From Nostoc sp. (GTDB taxonomy: Bacteria; Cyanobacteriota; Cyanobacteriia; Cyanobacteriales; Nostocaceae), in NCBI GenBank assembly GCA_036918135.1, contig JBALDB010000018.1:32001-96000 (forward strand): DNA of 64,000 nt, written 5' to 3'. The notes beneath the pieces were generated by a model. The model was not told where the DNA came from and searched no databases. It saw only the letters and a list, made by a program, of their open reading frames with translations. The translations under genes and the position numbers were made by a program. Positions 62,189-64,000 of this stretch are shown here, in pieces. Each line of letters begins with the position of its first letter. The stretch's first letter is position 1.

Positions 62189-63160
62189 TTAATAGAGCCG
62201 ACTCAGTGCATAGTCAGCGATGTTAATCAATGCCTGTTTAGACTCTGACAGTGGCAAAACTGCAAGATGTTCAATTGCCAATTTAGTATGATGAGCAGCT
62301 AATTCTCGCGCTTGCTGTATACCTTGACTATCTTGAATTAATGTTAACGCTTGCTCTAAGTCCCCTTCTTGAGCAAATTCTCTTTCAATCAGCACTTCCA
62401 AATATGGTTTTTCAGCTAAAGCAAATAAAACAGGTGCAGTCAAATTGCCACTTTTGAGATCCGATGCTACAGGTTTACCTAAGGTATCTGTTGTGCTGGT
62501 GAAATCTAGAATGTCATCGACAATTTGAAATGCTATGCCCAGATGACGACCATAGTTGTACATATGCTCAACAGTTTCTCTGGACACTTCACTAAGTAAT
62601 CCAGCAGCTTTGGAACTATTAGCAATTAACGAAGCTGTTTTGTAATAACTCTTTTGGAGGTAAGTTTCAATAGAGATGTTAGCATCAAAACGATTCAATC
62701 CCTGCTGAATTTCTCCAGTCGCTAGATCCATAATCACTTCTGAGAGTAGTTTCACCACCTCCAAATTGTCCAAGTTTGCTAAATACCACGAAGATTGGGC
62801 AAAGAGAAAATCTCCTGCTAATATGGCAATGCGGTTACCAAACAAACTATGAACGGTGGGAACGCCTCGTCGCATATCTGATTCATCTACCACATCGTCA
62901 TGTACTAAGCTTGCTGTGTGAATCATTTCAGTAATTTCAGCTAAGCGGCGATGACGCGGTGTAATTTCTTGGTCTAACATTGTTGCCCGCGATATTAACA
63001 GGACAATTGCTGGCCTGATACGCTTTCCCCCAGCTCCGAATAAATGTTCGGCTGCTGCAAACAAAATGGGGTGGCGATTTCCAACTAGCTGTTTAAGGTT
63101 ATCTGCTAGTTGTCGCAGGTCTGCTTCCACAGGGGTAAACAGGGAGGTGGCTGGGGTCAT
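62189..63160 (-). CDS. sds: Solanesyl diphosphate synthase
   Basis: GGKRIRP, HDDVVD..RRG, FQIVDDILD. Confidence 0.93.
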   Translation of the reverse strand: MTPATSLFTPVEADLRQLADNLKQLVGNRHPILFAAAEHLFGAGGKRIRPAIVLLISRATMLDQEITPRHRRLAEITEMIHTASLVHDDVVDESDMRRGVPTVHSLFGNRIAILAGDFLFAQSSWYLANLDNLEVVKLLSEVIMDLATGEIQQGLNRFDANISIETYLQKSYYKTASLIANSSKAAGLLSEVSRETVEHMYNYGRHLGIAFQIVDDILDFTSTTDTLGKPVASDLKSGNLTAPVLFALAEKPYLEVLIEREFAQEGDLEQALTLIQDSQGIQQARELAAHHTKLAIEHLAVLPLSESKQALINIADYALSRLY

Positions 63161-64000
63161 GGATGGGCGGACTCTGACTTAGGTTACGAAAGTTTACATA
63201 TCCTTTACTCATTTTAAGATAACCCAGTGCCAGCGCAAAGTTTTCATCAGCTAATCCCATACTCATAAGTCTATTGGTGAAAATATAGCTAATACTGGCT
63301 TTGTAAATAAGCAATTATGCTTAAAAGGAATATGACTTCTGAAAATATCAGAAGACTGTTAGCCGAAGATCGCGTGACTAAGCTATTGTAATATTTTGTA
63401 GCAATTTGTATACAAAAAAATTAGGGTTTAGCAGTGCCCATTCTACAAAAATTGGAATCAAATGACTGGTACAAGATGTCAGGGTATTTACCTGTCGTAT
63501 TTTTACATTGTCATCTACAGATACAACAAAACCAAATTAAGTAATATTAATTATTGACAAAATTGACAAAATGTGGATTTGATTTCATAGCTGAGACTAA
63601 TTTTTTTCGATTGAGTGTAGCTATAGAAAAAATTTGAAATTTAGCAGATGAGTGGGCTTAAAATTCACGGCTGTTGTGTTACGCTAAAATATAGGAATTT
63701 TAAATTTTTAAAATACTCACACACCAAAAGTAAAGTTACTTAATAAGTAATTTTACTTAATTAGAAGTTGTGTGTACAAAATAACTATTGTTGGTAAGAT
63801 TCAGGGGATAGCTCCTTTAATTTTTCTAACGATATGCAAAACTCCTAGTTGGGAGCTATGTAATATCCCTATGGGAAGCCTTTCGGGTGACGCTCCTTCT
63901 CTGCGAGACGCTAAATAAACGTCGCTAACGGTAGGCTAACGTCAAGTAGGTATTAAAGGTCTCCTTTATGCCCCTGTTGGCTCAAAGCTACACGCCTTTA

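Overview
AT-rich chromosomal DNA of a heterocyst-forming cyanobacterium (Nostoc-like), judged from psaF-psaJ-psaL, hetZ-patU, frequent HIP1 (GCGATCGC) and heptamer STRR repeats. Most of the window is housekeeping: ligA, prfC, hemB, pdhB, secDF, prmC, tsaD, gmk, tRNA-Pro. The outstanding region is about 4.27-12.6 kb. It holds six copies of one covarying RNA scaffold (stem1-CCYRAC-stem2-TACAWA...cargo...stem2'-AACTY-stem1'). Each copy carries a different mimic of translation RNA: tRNA bodies with CUA and GCG anticodons, a circularly permuted tRNA, an anticodon-like hairpin, a permuted 23S domain IV (H67-H71) fragment, and a 23S sarcin-ricin loop plus H42-H44 module. A mini-tmRNA tRNA-like domain lies upstream. 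The RNAs are interleaved with genes for a small ubiquitin-like protein, an orphan L7/L12 paralog, a putative TROVE/Ro60-like vWA protein, a possible E2-like protein, a ThiF/E1 enzyme and HicAB. I infer a Ro60/Y-RNA-like ribosome/tRNA decoy or repair system. Also present: a possible attenuator upstream of an HNH nuclease, an orphan 3-repeat CRISPR array, a Pho box, a HetR-type site and MITE-like elements. All alignments were made by eye and rRNA/tmRNA comparisons are from memory; no searches were run.
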